In this document: in pieces, positions 1 to 8,696 of the stretch | Numbering within the stretch: the first letter of the stretch is position 1 | Layout: each line of letters opens with the position of its first letter | The notes under the pieces: generated by a model | Told to the model about the DNA's origin: nothing | Database searches by the model: none | What the model saw: the letters and a program-made list of their open reading frames with translations, nothing else | Position numbers and translations under genes: made by a program | From: an uncultured Gammaproteobacteria bacterium | GTDB taxonomy: Bacteria; Patescibacteriota; Patescibacteriia; Patescibacteriales; UBA12465 | Reading direction: 5' to 3' | Assembly: GCA_964470695.1 (NCBI GenBank) | Contig: CAYYDR010000001.1 | Coordinates: forward strand, 209,997 to 273,996 | Length of the DNA: 64,000 nucleotides

Positions 1-14
1 CTGAGCTTTATAAG

Positions 15-398
15 GTGGATATGAATATTATTACTGTATATTTGTGGCATATAGTCAAAATTGAGAATAGATCGCGCCGGAGGACTGGCGGGCCAGAAAT
101 TGATACCAATTGGGAGAGGGAGTTCAAAACTGGTTTAGGCTATAACTATATGCTTGATAGCTTAAAGAATCGTGAAGATGAAATTTTCTTCACATCAGAA
201 CCGATATTCGGTGATGATCAAGACTATGATTATTTGGCAAAATTTATTTATGGAGATGAAAATGAAGTACTTGAATTTGCTAAAAAAGCTTTTGGGTATA
301 ATAGCAGAGAATCTTGTGAATGGATCATTGCAAGGGCTGAGATTTCCGTGAAAGTATTTAATGCCGAAGAATTTTTAGGAGAATTTTCCCGTGACTAA
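15..398 (+). CDS. hypothetical protein (GTG at 15; frame is open to the window edge, so possibly 5'-truncated)
   Basis: ORF track. No stop in frame upstream to position 3. No recognisable motif. Followed by terminator 408-446. Confidence 0.35.
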   Translation: MDMNIITVYLWHIVKIENRSRRRTGGPEIDTNWEREFKTGLGYNYMLDSLKNREDEIFFTSEPIFGDDQDYDYLAKFIYGDENEVLEFAKKAFGYNSRESCEWIIARAEISVKVFNAEEFLGEFSRD

Positions 399-407
399 AA
401 AGGTTTT

Positions 408-446
408 GGCCGTACCTTGAGTTTACACTCAAAAACGGTCTTTTTT
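408..446 (+). terminator. intrinsic terminator
   Basis: Outer stem GGCCGT(408-413)/ACGGTC(435-440). Inner stem TGAGT(418-422)/ACTCA(427-431). Then TTTTTT (441-446). Confidence 0.6.
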
Positions 447-451
447 AATTA

Positions 452-482
452 AGATCGTTCCAACTACGTTTCACCAACCCCG
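452..482 (+). repeat. conserved 3'-UTR box, copy 1 (AGATCGTTCCAACTACGTTTCACCAACCCCG)
   Basis: 27 identical positions over 32 aligned columns with 1524-1555. Same strand, and also sits just upstream of a terminator. Confidence 0.6.
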
Positions 483-491
483 CGGATTTAA

Positions 492-516
492 ATAGCCCGT
501 TTTAGGGGCTATTTTT
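492..516 (+). terminator. intrinsic terminator
   Basis: Stem ATAGCCC(492-498)/GGGCTAT(506-512), 7-nt loop, then a T-run. Confidence 0.65.
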
Positions 517-526
517 GATAGGGAGT

Positions 527-554
527 TTGTCGTCCTGAAATGAAGTGGTATAAT
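527..554 (+). promoter_or_regulatory. sigma70-like promoter with extended -10 (TTGTCG-16-TGgTATAAT)
   Basis: -35 at 527-532, TG at 546-547, TATAAT at 549-554. The ATG at 563 is only 8 nt past the -10, implying a leaderless or near-leaderless mRNA. Confidence 0.45.
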
Positions 555-562
555 TAAAATAT

Positions 563-1525
563 ATGAAAGAACAAAATTTTGGACTAAAAAATAATAATTT
601 TTCAGAAAAAAATCAGAGCGAGAACAATCTGGAGTCTTTACTGAAAGATCGGGGAGTTGAAAAGGTGCCAAAAATTGAAACCAACTTCTTTTTTCACAAG
701 CACGCAACAAAAGAAGACGGACAATCAGTTGGCGAACGTTTAAAAAATGTCGATATCCTTATCCAAGAAAATGCTGGCTGGAATTCTGCTCGTCTTAATA
801 TTTTTAATGACGTATCGAACGGTACTCTAACCCCTGAACAGGCGATGAATATGGAGAAACAGAATGGAAAACCATTTTTGTGGAAAGATTTTTATGCTGC
901 CTTTTTAGATGGTTTATACAAATCAGAAAAAAAAGTAATGCTTGTTGATGTGCAAGATGATAATGTAGTTTTTAAGAATCTTATGAACCTGTACGCAAGC
1001 AGCGGGGCTTACAATAACCTCATAAACAAGTCTTTATCCTATGAAGAAACGTTAAGGAGAATTGGTAATGTCTCAAAATTTGAATCGGATATGCAGAAAG
1101 AGCGCGAGGATTATATTTTGGAGAATATGCCGAATGTTCTAACTGAAATGTTGAAACAAAATCCTGAACTCCAGCAAAAAGAAAATCTAAAAATACTTTT
1201 TTCAATGGGAGGTTTTCACACTCGGCTGTACCATGAGATGAAAAAATCAGGAAACGACGTAAGTCGAGAATTCTCGAGCATGCCATACAATTTTGATCCT
1301 CGAATGTCCGCTGAACGCAATATTCATTTTAAGGGTATGGAGGAATCGAAATCTTTACTGCCTAAAATTACACTTTATCTTATCCTGAAAAAAGAACTGC
1401 CAAATTTAGATATATCACATGATGTTATATCTGTTTTTTCAGACGAGGAAATAAAGAGTCTATATGAGAAATATCAAACAGCCTCCTCTGAAGAGTTTAG
1501 GGAATACTTCGAATCGATATTATAG
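563..1525 (+). CDS. hypothetical protein; motif order weakly reminiscent of the ChaN/Tiki/TraB-type fold
   Basis: 320-aa ORF. FFHKHAT ... DILIQEN ... VMLVDVQ ... ILFSMGGFHT resembles the GxH / E / GxxH order of that superfamily, by eye only. Confidence 0.5.
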   Translation: MKEQNFGLKNNNFSEKNQSENNLESLLKDRGVEKVPKIETNFFFHKHATKEDGQSVGERLKNVDILIQENAGWNSARLNIFNDVSNGTLTPEQAMNMEKQNGKPFLWKDFYAAFLDGLYKSEKKVMLVDVQDDNVVFKNLMNLYASSGAYNNLINKSLSYEETLRRIGNVSKFESDMQKEREDYILENMPNVLTEMLKQNPELQQKENLKILFSMGGFHTRLYHEMKKSGNDVSREFSSMPYNFDPRMSAERNIHFKGMEESKSLLPKITLYLILKKELPNLDISHDVISVFSDEEIKSLYEKYQTASSEEFREYFESIL

Positions 1526-1555
1526 ATCCATTCCAACTAAGTCCCACCAACCCCG
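1524..1555 (+). repeat. conserved 3'-UTR box, copy 2 (AGATCCATTCCAACTAAGTCCCACCAACCCCG)
   Basis: Matches 452-482. Overlaps the TAG stop of the 563-1525 CDS and precedes terminator 1565-1594. Confidence 0.6.
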
Positions 1556-1564
1556 TGTAACAAA

Positions 1565-1594
1565 AATAACCCTAGTAAAATAGGGTTATTTTTG
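1565..1594 (+). terminator. intrinsic terminator
   Basis: 9-bp stem AATAACCCT/AGGGTTATT, 8-nt loop, then TTTTTG. Confidence 0.7.
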
Positions 1595-1628
1595 TTATTA
1601 TTAGAATATAATTGATTAGTTTTTATTT

Positions 1629-2987
1629 ATGAAACCAAACTTTCAGAAATTTTTAACTAGAAAATACACGGTTTTGATGAATGATATTATGGCCCAAAAC
1701 TGGCATGATAGCCAGCGTTTCTTTAAATTAACTGGCGTTAAGGAACATGTGAAGAATTTGGAAATAATAGACGGTATTTTTTGTTTTGATATTAATTGGC
1801 TAGACGAGATATATAATAAATATAAAAATCAAAAAATAAATTTTTTCCTTAGTTTTATTAAGCGGGGCTGTCAGCATGGAGAGAAAATAAAGAAGTTCGT
1901 TAGAAATTTAAATTTAAATAAGGACATAAAATTTTTAGAACGAGATTTTTGGTTGAGTCTGGAACTTCTTAATAACCTAGTGGTGTTTTTGCCGGTGACG
2001 CATCCTTTAGCTAAAATAGTTGAAAATAAAGTTAGGCTTATCCTTAAATCAAAAAAAATTAGCGATGATAAGTTTGAAGAAACCCTTATCTCGTTGACTC
2101 AACCGAGAAAACTTAATTCTCCGATTTTAGAACAGATGGATTTACAGAAGATAAGAGCGAATCAACATAACCCCCGCTTTAATTTGCTGTTAGCTTTAAA
2201 AAAACATGTTGATAAATATTCATTCTTGGGTTACCGAGAGCCATTTGCGCCTGGGTTTGATATTAAATTTTTTAAAAATAGATTAAAAGAAGAGAAGTTT
2301 ATTAAAGGATCGGACAAAATCAGTATTAAATTAACGGCTCAGGAACTAGCCTGGGTTAACTTAATGCGTGATATGGTTTTTTTCCGAAATTATCGGACAG
2401 AAAAAATGAGTGAGGCCTTCTATTATTTAGAGCCTTTATGGGATAAGATTGGTCGCTGTTATGGTTTGGCTAAAAATGAGTTGGCTCATTATCAAGCTAA
2501 GGAAATTAAGGACTTGTTTGCCAGGAGAATTAAAGTTAATAAATCAATTATAAATTCTCGGGAAGTCGCGCATGGATATTTAATCCATAATGATAAAGTA
2601 AGGTTGATAACAGGATCGGAATTGGATAAAAAAAATAAGAAGTATAACTCGGTTAAAGGCAGTGTTAAAGAAATTAAGGGATCCATCGCTTGTAGCGGGT
2701 TAGTACGAGGCGTCGCTAAGGTAATCATGAGTTCTAAAGATCAAAATAAATTAAAAACCGGTGAAATTTTAGTAACTAGCATGACTACGCCTGATTTTCT
2801 GCCATCAATGCGTCGGGCAGCAGCCTTCGTAACGGATGAGGGTGGCATTACTTGTCACGCCGCGATTGTGGCTCGTGAAATGCAAAAACCCTGTGTCATC
2901 GGAACAAAAAATAGCACGCAAATTTTTAAAGATGGTGATTTAATTGAAGTTGACGCTAATAGGGGAATAATTAAAAAGTTGTCATAA
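1629..2987 (+). CDS. PEP-utilising-enzyme mobile (phosphohistidine swivel) domain protein with an unassigned N-terminal region, paralog 1
   Basis: C-terminus reads ...GEILVTSMTTPDF...AAFVTDEGGITCHAAIVAREMQKPCVIGT...GDLIEVDANRG. This matches the PpsA/PPDK swivel domain, including the catalytic His in TCHAAI. No ATP-grasp or TIM-barrel motif seen. Confidence 0.85.
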   Translation: MKPNFQKFLTRKYTVLMNDIMAQNWHDSQRFFKLTGVKEHVKNLEIIDGIFCFDINWLDEIYNKYKNQKINFFLSFIKRGCQHGEKIKKFVRNLNLNKDIKFLERDFWLSLELLNNLVVFLPVTHPLAKIVENKVRLILKSKKISDDKFEETLISLTQPRKLNSPILEQMDLQKIRANQHNPRFNLLLALKKHVDKYSFLGYREPFAPGFDIKFFKNRLKEEKFIKGSDKISIKLTAQELAWVNLMRDMVFFRNYRTEKMSEAFYYLEPLWDKIGRCYGLAKNELAHYQAKEIKDLFARRIKVNKSIINSREVAHGYLIHNDKVRLITGSELDKKNKKYNSVKGSVKEIKGSIACSGLVRGVAKVIMSSKDQNKLKTGEILVTSMTTPDFLPSMRRAAAFVTDEGGITCHAAIVAREMQKPCVIGTKNSTQIFKDGDLIEVDANRGIIKKLS

Positions 2988-2996
2988 AATAGGTAT

Positions 2997-4334
2997 ATGA
3001 CCAAAGACAAGCTACCAAGATGGGAGAAGGTTTTGCAGAGAACCTTTCCGCCGCTCGCCCTAACGACTAGTGGGTCTTTTGAATTTAATGGTTTTCATAT
3101 TGGCGCCATGAATTGGATTCGGGAACGGGAAATGCTTATAAAATATCAGGATGTCCAGATGTATATGATTCAGGATCCGGCCGCCTATTATATCAGCAAT
3201 ATTAAAGATTTGCTTGATAAAAAATATCCTAATTTTGAAAAAGAAATTGATAAGATTAACGCTGATGTATATAAGGGGGCTCGCGTTTTACCAGGCAAAA
3301 ACCTTAAAGACCTGCAAAAATTAATTAAGCTCCATTCTTATATGTATGGCGTTATGCTGGTTGGATTTGATGTGGTGATTGATATTGGCGCTAAGATTAA
3401 TGAGGTCATAAAAAACCAGTCAGTAAATTTTCAAGAATATTTAGAAAACCCGATTGATAAAACCGGAGTACAGCGCGAGAAAGAAGCAATATTAAAAGCA
3501 AAAAATAATTTGACGGGAAAAAAGCTTCATCAGCTCGCCGTTGATTTTGGCTATATTCATCAGGATTATCTCGGCCAGCCCTGGAATATTGAAGATTATC
3601 GCCGGGCTTGTCGTGATAACATTACTTTAAAATCAGTGAAGTTAGGCCCCTATAATATTAAGAAGCATTCGTCGTACGAGCAATATTTGATTCGTATTTT
3701 TAAGAAATTCATTTACATGTATGAGGAGGGTCGGAATGCCATGGTTAGGGTTTGTTGGGCCATGAAAGCTGCTGCCCAGGCTCTTGGCTATGACCCCGAA
3801 AAGATGCTCTATATGACCGAGACAGAATTAAAATTATTTGCCACCGGTCAGGGAGCTTATATTTCCGACCGTTTGTTTAATGCCCGGCAAGAGGCCTTCG
3901 CTATATATTTTGAGGCGGGCAAATATTATGAATTTACTGGCAATAAGGAAGTAAAGAAACTAATTAAGAATCAGAAAATTGAACATTTTTGGAAGGAAAA
4001 GAAAAATAAGGAAACTATTTTAAAGGGAGCCGTTGCTTACCAGGGGAAGGTAAGGGGTAAAGTTAGATTAGTATTTACTCAGGCTGAGGCTAATCAGGTT
4101 AAGAAAGGGGAAATTCTTGTTTCGCCCATGACTCAGGTAGAATTCCTTTCGGGTATAAGAAAGTGCGGCGCTATTGTTACTGATGAGGGCGGGATAATTT
4201 GCCATGCGGCGATTGTTGCGCGGGAATTCGGCAAGCCCTGTATTTTAGCGACGAAAAATGCGACTAAGACTTTTAAAAATGGGGACTGGGTAGAAGTTGA
4301 CGCTAATCAGGGAATTGTAAAATTGATGTCTTGA
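2997..4334 (+). CDS. PEP-utilising-enzyme mobile (phosphohistidine swivel) domain protein, paralog 2
   Basis: C-terminus reads GEILVSPMTQVEF...AIVTDEGGIICHAAIVAREFGKPCILAT...GDWVEVDANQG. Begins 9 nt after paralog 1 ends. Confidence 0.85.
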   Translation: MTKDKLPRWEKVLQRTFPPLALTTSGSFEFNGFHIGAMNWIREREMLIKYQDVQMYMIQDPAAYYISNIKDLLDKKYPNFEKEIDKINADVYKGARVLPGKNLKDLQKLIKLHSYMYGVMLVGFDVVIDIGAKINEVIKNQSVNFQEYLENPIDKTGVQREKEAILKAKNNLTGKKLHQLAVDFGYIHQDYLGQPWNIEDYRRACRDNITLKSVKLGPYNIKKHSSYEQYLIRIFKKFIYMYEEGRNAMVRVCWAMKAAAQALGYDPEKMLYMTETELKLFATGQGAYISDRLFNARQEAFAIYFEAGKYYEFTGNKEVKKLIKNQKIEHFWKEKKNKETILKGAVAYQGKVRGKVRLVFTQAEANQVKKGEILVSPMTQVEFLSGIRKCGAIVTDEGGIICHAAIVAREFGKPCILATKNATKTFKNGDWVEVDANQGIVKLMS

Positions 4335-4406
4335 CACAAATAAAAAAATCCTTATCATTATTATTGTCCTAGTCAATTCATTAACACACAAGAGAAGGGA
4401 GTACCA

Positions 4407-4712
4407 ATGTCTAAGTACGTTTTTGTTTCTAACCAGAAAGTTTTGTTCAGTTTTATAACTGAAAATACTAAAGAAGAAAAGTTTTTCATAGTATGTCTGG
4501 AAAAATTCCGGAATAATAAGCTTTCTGATTTTTTTGAGCACAGTGACTCTATCGCGTGGGAAAAAGCGTTAGAGCATGGTCAGCCGCGCTCCATTTGCAA
4601 TAATCAATTTATACTGGATGTATATAATTGCTTATACGCGACATTGCTTGATGAGGCAATGGAACAAATAGAGCAGGACAAGGAGATAGTTTTGTCTTTT
4701 AGACAGTGTTAG
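4407..4712 (+). CDS. hypothetical small protein (101 aa)
   Basis: ORF with SD AAGGGAG (4395-4401) 5 nt before the ATG. Terminator downstream. Confidence 0.5.
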   Translation: MSKYVFVSNQKVLFSFITENTKEEKFFIVCLEKFRNNKLSDFFEHSDSIAWEKALEHGQPRSICNNQFILDVYNCLYATLLDEAMEQIEQDKEIVLSFRQC

Positions 4713-4757
4713 GCTCCTTTTAGGACATTATCTGCGGCTTTAAGAGCCCCAGACGTT

Positions 4758-4789
4758 ACCATCTGCCAGATGCCGGCGGATGGTTTTTT
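4758..4789 (+). terminator. intrinsic terminator
   Basis: 10-bp stem ACCATCTGCC/GGCGGATGGT (one G-U pair), 7-nt loop, then TTTTTT. Confidence 0.6.
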
Positions 4790-4803
4790 AAATTAGGGAA
4801 ATA

Positions 4804-4832
4804 TTGACAAAAGTTAGCTTTTAGTGTATATT
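4804..4832 (+). promoter_or_regulatory. sigma70-like promoter (TTGACA-17-TATATT)
   Basis: TTGACA at 4804-4809, TATATT at 4827-4832, upstream of the 4901 CDS. Confidence 0.55.
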
Positions 4833-4900
4833 ATATAATTAGTAGTTTCTTTAACAATTAGCGAAAATTCAATAAATTAATAATAAATCAGGGAGTAATT

Positions 4901-6565
4901 GTGAAAAAGATAATCTTTTTATTATTGTTATCAGTATCATCCGTACTGCTGGCTCAAAATGCAGTGGCAGACACCTTATCAATTAATATTCTTAACGGGC
5001 GGTTAACAGTAAGTTCTACGGCCCTAGAAAATATTAACCCGCAGTTTACACCGGGTAACCACGGCCCAGACACCTCTATTACTTTAATAAATTCTGGCCG
5101 TGGTATTTACGCCGGCGAGTTATTAAAGTTTAAAAGAGGGTTTGGTTCGGGAATTATCGGAAACGGCAATGTAATAATTTATCATCTTTCTTCCGGCTTC
5201 GTGCCGGCTAATCTGTACCGCCCCATTGTCGTCAGGATAGATATTCCTAGCGGCAAGGATCTAGTATATCATGGCCAAGTTTGGCAAGAGGGAGTCACTG
5301 AGGTAGAATTTCCTGATTTCTTCGCGGCCCGAGAGTTTCCTATAATTTTAGTTGAGGAAGACAAATATCTAGTCAGGTCGTCCAGACTTAATAGGGTAGA
5401 CTCCATGCTAGTAGTTTATTGCTGGGTTGATTCATTAACCCACTCTAAATTAAGAGAGGCCTTTGCCGCGGTTGATTCCGCCGCTTTGCGTATCGGAGAA
5501 TTAGCGCCAAGTTTTTGGCATAAGTTTATTAATAATTATGGGAGCGTTCCTTATGTTTTTACCTATATTATTAATAATGAAGTCATAACTGGCCTGGAAC
5601 ATTTCAATGCCCCCTATTCCGTTACCGTCCCTTTCTATATTAGAATGGACGGAGCCTATCATACGCTTTTACATAGCTTGATTGGCAAGGCTTTAATGCC
5701 TAAGGAATACTTGGCTGCCGACGGAAAATATCATCAATCTGATGTTATGTTTTTGTATGAAGGGCTGGTAACTTTTCTGTCCATGAAGCACGCCGATAAT
5801 TTTCCCGCCTCGTTAGCTGGCCTAATCTACAAGGCGGAATTATTTCCGGCCTATGATAGCCTAAAAAATATTGGACTTGATCATCAATTTGAGTCCTATT
5901 ATGCCAAAGGCTATCTTAATTGGTTAGATTGGCAGAATAAAGGACTTAATGTTGAGCTAATGATTAAGTACTGGCTCAGCATTAAATTAATTTTGTCAGA
6001 AAAAGTGCCGGTTGCTGTTGATTATGAAACTGTAATCAAATGGGTCGCTGATTATGATAAAATGTTGGGACATAGTTCACCTTATTTATTGCCGAGTAAT
6101 CTTAACGGCGGATATGTTGAATCAGCCTTTAAGACCTTTGAAGATAAGGGGTTACAAATTATCCCTATGAATCAGGTGGCTCGTTGGGATACGGCTTATA
6201 TTGGACCGTACCCAATTAATGGCATCAGTCCTAAACAGCCGATGTTACCGGTTGATAACTATCCAATTTTAGAAACTGGAGTGCGCCCCGCATATTTAAT
6301 CCTTAGCGGCGGACAGAGGATTCCGATTGGACCAGAAAAAGATAATCCGGCTCTAAAAATTCTGCGCCAGTTTCCCGACTCTTTATTCCCAGTAGTATTT
6401 TCGGACAGTTCCGTTATAAAGCTTACAAAAAATTTGTATTTTTCAAGAGGCAAGGGAAATATCAGATATTTCATGCATAGCAATCTTGATGATTCTTCGT
6501 ACTATAAGAATAAAGATTATTGGGACTCAATCAATGTAAATTTAAGGAAAGAAAAAGCTAAGTAA
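4901..6565 (+). CDS. secreted hypothetical protein with a gluzincin-like HxxxH...EG arrangement that lacks the catalytic Glu
   Basis: GTG start preceded by GGGAG. Signal peptide MKKIIFLLLLSVSSVLLAQNAVA. YHTLLHSLIGK followed 28 residues later by LYEGLVTF resembles HExxH-(~30)-EGxT of M61/M1 peptidases, but with Thr in place of Glu. Confidence 0.65.
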   Translation: MKKIIFLLLLSVSSVLLAQNAVADTLSINILNGRLTVSSTALENINPQFTPGNHGPDTSITLINSGRGIYAGELLKFKRGFGSGIIGNGNVIIYHLSSGFVPANLYRPIVVRIDIPSGKDLVYHGQVWQEGVTEVEFPDFFAAREFPIILVEEDKYLVRSSRLNRVDSMLVVYCWVDSLTHSKLREAFAAVDSAALRIGELAPSFWHKFINNYGSVPYVFTYIINNEVITGLEHFNAPYSVTVPFYIRMDGAYHTLLHSLIGKALMPKEYLAADGKYHQSDVMFLYEGLVTFLSMKHADNFPASLAGLIYKAELFPAYDSLKNIGLDHQFESYYAKGYLNWLDWQNKGLNVELMIKYWLSIKLILSEKVPVAVDYETVIKWVADYDKMLGHSSPYLLPSNLNGGYVESAFKTFEDKGLQIIPMNQVARWDTAYIGPYPINGISPKQPMLPVDNYPILETGVRPAYLILSGGQRIPIGPEKDNPALKILRQFPDSLFPVVFSDSSVIKLTKNLYFSRGKGNIRYFMHSNLDDSSYYKNKDYWDSINVNLRKEKAK

Positions 6566-6592
6566 TCAGAAAACTTATCAATTAGATAGAGT

Positions 6593-6624
6593 AAATCCCG
6601 TTTGCAACACAGCGGGATTTTTTA
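6593..6624 (+). terminator. intrinsic terminator
   Basis: Stem AAATCCCG/CGGGATTT, 12-nt loop, then a T-run. Confidence 0.7.
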
Positions 6625-6632
6625 TTGGCCAA

Positions 6633-8696
6633 ATGTTTAATTATAGCCGAAAAAATGCTATTATATTGATATCTATGGAGTTACAAAATCGCTGGGATAA
6701 AATATTAAAAGTCTTAATTTTCGTCGGGCTGCTCGCCTTGATAGTGTTAATTTTTTCTCAAAAGATAGAATTAACCTCGGTTGATTTGGGCCGCCACTTA
6801 GCTAACGGCCGAGTTGTTTGGCAAGATTCTGGCGTTTTATTTAGGAATTTTTATTCTTATACTGAACCGGACTGGCGCTTTGTTAATCATCATTGGCTAG
6901 GCGGAGTTATTCTCTATGCCGTTTATCAACTAGGCGGTTTTACTCTTTTATCCGTATTCAATATTGTTTTAGCAATATTAGTTTTTAGCTTAGCCTTTAT
7001 TTCGGCTCGGCGCCGGATGGGATTTTATCCGGCCGCCTTATTATCCCTGCCAGTTATTTTTTTATTAAGCGAACGGGTGGAGATAAGGCCGGAAATATTT
7101 AGTTATTTATTTATTTTTATTGTTTGGCGTTTAATAGATGGGGTAGCAGTTGATAAAAATTATAAACGCCTCGCCTGGCTAGCCCCATTATTTATTCTTT
7201 GGACTAATACTCACATTTATTTTTTTGTCGGTTTAGCTCTACTAGGGTTTAAAGCGCTGGCCGATTTCATCCCCACCCTTTTAACTAGCTGGCGCCAGCC
7301 AAAAATCGGCTTTAGGGCGGGCTGGCTGGCCTCTAAGATATGGGTTTATACTTTAATTTTATCGTCTCTAGCCGCCTTGATAAATCCTAACACTTGGCGC
7401 GGCTTATTATATCCTTTTCAGATATTTGCTAACTATGGCTATGAGATAGCCGAAAATAAATCTGTCTTTTTTCTAGAAAACTTAATTTTAAACCCTAATT
7501 TTTCTTTAATTAAGATAGTGGTCGGACTCTTAATAATTAGTTGGATTTTATATTGGTTAACTCAGAAAAAAAATCGCTGGTTTGATTTTCTGCTCAGTCT
7601 TTTTTTTATTGGCCTGGGCTTAATGGCAGTGCGCAATATTTCTTTAGCAGCTCTAGCAGTACTAGTGATTATGAGCGGCAATCTTGAGCCGTTAGTTAAA
7701 TATTTTCAAGCGCCTTCCTTAAGGTCGGAAACGGCGGCTTTTTGGCGGAGTTTTTCTAAGCCGATTATAATCGGTCTAGTTATCATTTCTAGTTTTATTT
7801 ATTTATATCATGACTTTAGTTCCAATAATTTTTTCGTTAGAAATAACTTAGGCTGGGGCTTAGCGGAAAATAATGACGCGTCGGCTAAATTTTTTCAAGA
7901 TAAAAAGTTACAAGGCCCTATTTTTAATAATTATGACATCGGCAGCGCCTTGATTTTTTGGCTATATCCGGCCGAAAGAGTTTTTGTTGATAATAGGCCC
8001 GAAGCTTATAGCGCGGACTTTTTCCAGGATATTTATAAACCGATGCAAACCGATCTCCAGAAGTGGCGGGAGTATAGCAAGCTTTATAAAATTAAAACGA
8101 TTTATTTTTCCCATGTTGACTTTACCCCTTGGGCTCAAGATTTCTTGCGTTTTATCCTAACTGATGCCGATTGGTCTTTAGTTTATTTTGATTCGTATTC
8201 GGTTATTTTATTAAACAAGGAGGCTTACGGCCAGGAAGAAATTAAAACATTATCAATTGACTCTTGGCAATTCCGCTCTCGCTTGCGTGACTTAGCTGCC
8301 CGGGCCGATTTGAAAGATAGTTTTCGTTTAGCGATTTTAGCTCAATCGGCTGGCCAGCCGGATTTAGCCGAGGAAATTTATCGTAAAATATTATTTGATT
8401 ATCCCGGCAATACTACGGCTCTCGTCTCCTTTGGATATTTATACTCTAGTAGCCAGGACACTTTTTATCTTAAGCGGTCAATAGACTATTTTAAATCAGC
8501 TATTGAATCGGGCTATAATTTACCGGGGGTTTATGTCGCCTCTGGCTTAGCCCATTGGCGCTTAGGAGAATACCAAAAAGCCGAGGCGGACTGGCGCTCG
8601 GCTTTAGAAATAGATGATAATGATGAATCAGCCTTAGAATATCTGAACCAGCTTGATAAGTTGCGTCAAGCCGGCAAAATACCGCTAGTTAAATAA
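6633..8696 (+). CDS. polytopic membrane protein (GT-C-like glycosyltransferase topology) with C-terminal TPR repeats
   Basis: About 12 hydrophobic segments, then a TPR-like region (AEEIYRKILFDYPGNTTAL..., GEYQKAEADWRSALEID). Alternative start ATG 6675. Confidence 0.7.
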   Translation: MFNYSRKNAIILISMELQNRWDKILKVLIFVGLLALIVLIFSQKIELTSVDLGRHLANGRVVWQDSGVLFRNFYSYTEPDWRFVNHHWLGGVILYAVYQLGGFTLLSVFNIVLAILVFSLAFISARRRMGFYPAALLSLPVIFLLSERVEIRPEIFSYLFIFIVWRLIDGVAVDKNYKRLAWLAPLFILWTNTHIYFFVGLALLGFKALADFIPTLLTSWRQPKIGFRAGWLASKIWVYTLILSSLAALINPNTWRGLLYPFQIFANYGYEIAENKSVFFLENLILNPNFSLIKIVVGLLIISWILYWLTQKKNRWFDFLLSLFFIGLGLMAVRNISLAALAVLVIMSGNLEPLVKYFQAPSLRSETAAFWRSFSKPIIIGLVIISSFIYLYHDFSSNNFFVRNNLGWGLAENNDASAKFFQDKKLQGPIFNNYDIGSALIFWLYPAERVFVDNRPEAYSADFFQDIYKPMQTDLQKWREYSKLYKIKTIYFSHVDFTPWAQDFLRFILTDADWSLVYFDSYSVILLNKEAYGQEEIKTLSIDSWQFRSRLRDLAARADLKDSFRLAILAQSAGQPDLAEEIYRKILFDYPGNTTALVSFGYLYSSSQDTFYLKRSIDYFKSAIESGYNLPGVYVASGLAHWRLGEYQKAEADWRSALEIDDNDESALEYLNQLDKLRQAGKIPLVK

